From Schmidtea nova (taxonomy: Eukaryota): DNA of 64,000 nucleotides. The translations under genes were made by a program, and so were the position numbers. Positions 62,682 through 64,000 of the stretch are shown here, in pieces. The stretch is taken from the NCBI GenBank assembly GCA_044892505.1, contig CM097883.1, forward strand, positions 273,792,001 to 273,856,000, written 5' to 3'. The notes beneath the pieces were generated by a model that saw nothing but the letters and a program-made list of their open reading frames with translations, ran no database searches and was not told where the DNA came from. Position 1 is the stretch's first letter. Each line of letters starts with the position of its first letter.

Positions 62682-64000
62682 CAGGGCCGTGCCTGGGTAT
62701 ATGGCCGCCTGCGTGCTAGTATGCATGGCCGCCCTTTGAGATAACATCAAAATCAAAGAAAAAAAATCAAATTTTCATTCTTAATGTTTATTATTATACT
62801 TATATATCTAATGTACATGTACATATTACCATTGAATATAAAACATTAATATGTTTTGGCACATCTATAAATCTATGATATTACAATCAAAAATTTACTC
62901 TACGCGATTTTTTAGAGGCAAATTCTTCAATCGCCCCTTCAATATTTAAGGAATCAGCAATTTCACTTTCAATTGCAATAATTGATATATTACTGAGACG
63001 TTCTTGAGTCATTGAAGTTCTCAGGTGGTTTTTGATTATTTTTAATTTTGAAAAACTTCGCTCTCCAGATGCAACATATACTGGAACTGTCAGTAAAAGT
63101 TTTAAACTTGTGGCGACATTTGGAAAAGAAGTCTCCACGTTGTATTTGTATAAAAACTTTATGAGTTCTTCGGGCTGCTTTCTGTCTTTTATGATAATTT
63201 TTAGAGAAATTAACTCTTGATATAATTCTACGCCACTGATATCACAAGATTCACCATCTTTAAATTTATTATGGAGATCGAAACAACTTTTTTTTATTTC
63301 CTCATGTTCCATATCATTAAATTTGTATAGAAATCCAAAACATTGTTCGAAATTTGACAGTTTCAAAACGGGTGGTAAGAGATGAAATAGCTGTGTCTAG
63401 TATTACATAGAAAAAATTAATTTGAAAATGTTCTTTTGGAGTAAATTGAATATCTTCATCTCCTTCATAGCTAAATTGTTTTCGGTGATGTCGGCGACGT
63501 ACACTAATTTCAGCAGGAAAATCCGGTTCTGTTTCAAGTGCTTTACAAAGTTCATTAGAAATCTGCAAATAATTTTCGAAACTTTCGTAATTTCTAATGC
63601 TTTTGAAAAATTTCAAAACTTCCTTAATTGATTCAGCACACGAACTGATATTCCAAGAAACTTTCTGCATCATTTTGCTAATAAAATCTACCTTTGCCAA
63701 GATTTCGTACCATATTATTATTGAAGAAATAAATTTATAAGATTTAAGTTTCATTGCCAAACATTCAGCTTCATGTCGAACTGTTGGCATTGAAGATTCC
63801 TCAGCTATTTCTATAAGGCTGTCATAAATTTCACCTAATTCATTTCGCAGTGGTCTAATCGCTTTAATTCTTGCTTCCCATCGAGTTTCACTAACTTGTT
63901 TCAATGTTAAAGATTTTACATTTTTCTTTAAAACTTGCCATCTAAATGGTGATCCACTGAAAAAGTTGTATATTGCAGATACATTACTGAAAAAATCCAC
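62682..64000 (-). mobile_element. hAT copy 2 (3' part; near-identical to 52302-55508), runs off the window
   Basis: Same TIR CAGGGCCGTGCCTG and only scattered SNPs versus copy 1; has GAA where copy 1 has TAA, but shares the distal frameshift. Confidence 0.97.

Noticed and set aside
1-64000. tRNA, rRNA or snRNA genes, and a species assignment
   Set aside because: No recognisable RNA gene; AT content and intron size fit several invertebrate lineages and do not identify one.

Overview
AT-rich animal (invertebrate-type) nuclear DNA with short (~40-60 nt) GT-AG introns and three N gaps. The real genes use the standard code; I cannot name the species. Three host genes can be assembled by hand: LARP1 (DM15 half, +), LIN52 (-) and a kinase-less TRPM channel (+). 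The rest is a dense, nested transposon graveyard: hAT (full copies, remnants, MITE), mariner/Tc1, pogo/Tigger, Merlin, PIF/Harbinger and piggyBac-type MITEs, a Gypsy remnant with an env-like third ORF, and four solo LTRs with 4-bp TSDs. The least explained signal is an exact 15-bp motif, CGCGTCTGTGTGCGC. It occurs in clusters at three distant sites, each followed by a T/G-rich, C-poor leader and then a different intron-free cargo: a NAE1 fragment, an EF2 pseudogene that runs into a Gypsy integrase tail, and an intact 241-aa orphan ORF. This suggests a retroelement family that captures host mRNAs, though I could not find its termini. Protein-level oddities: LIN52 has a canonical LxCxE plus the RxSP site, and the TRPM keeps an EVY filter but has a rewritten S6 gate and TRP box. 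All family assignments come from motif recognition by eye, not database searches.
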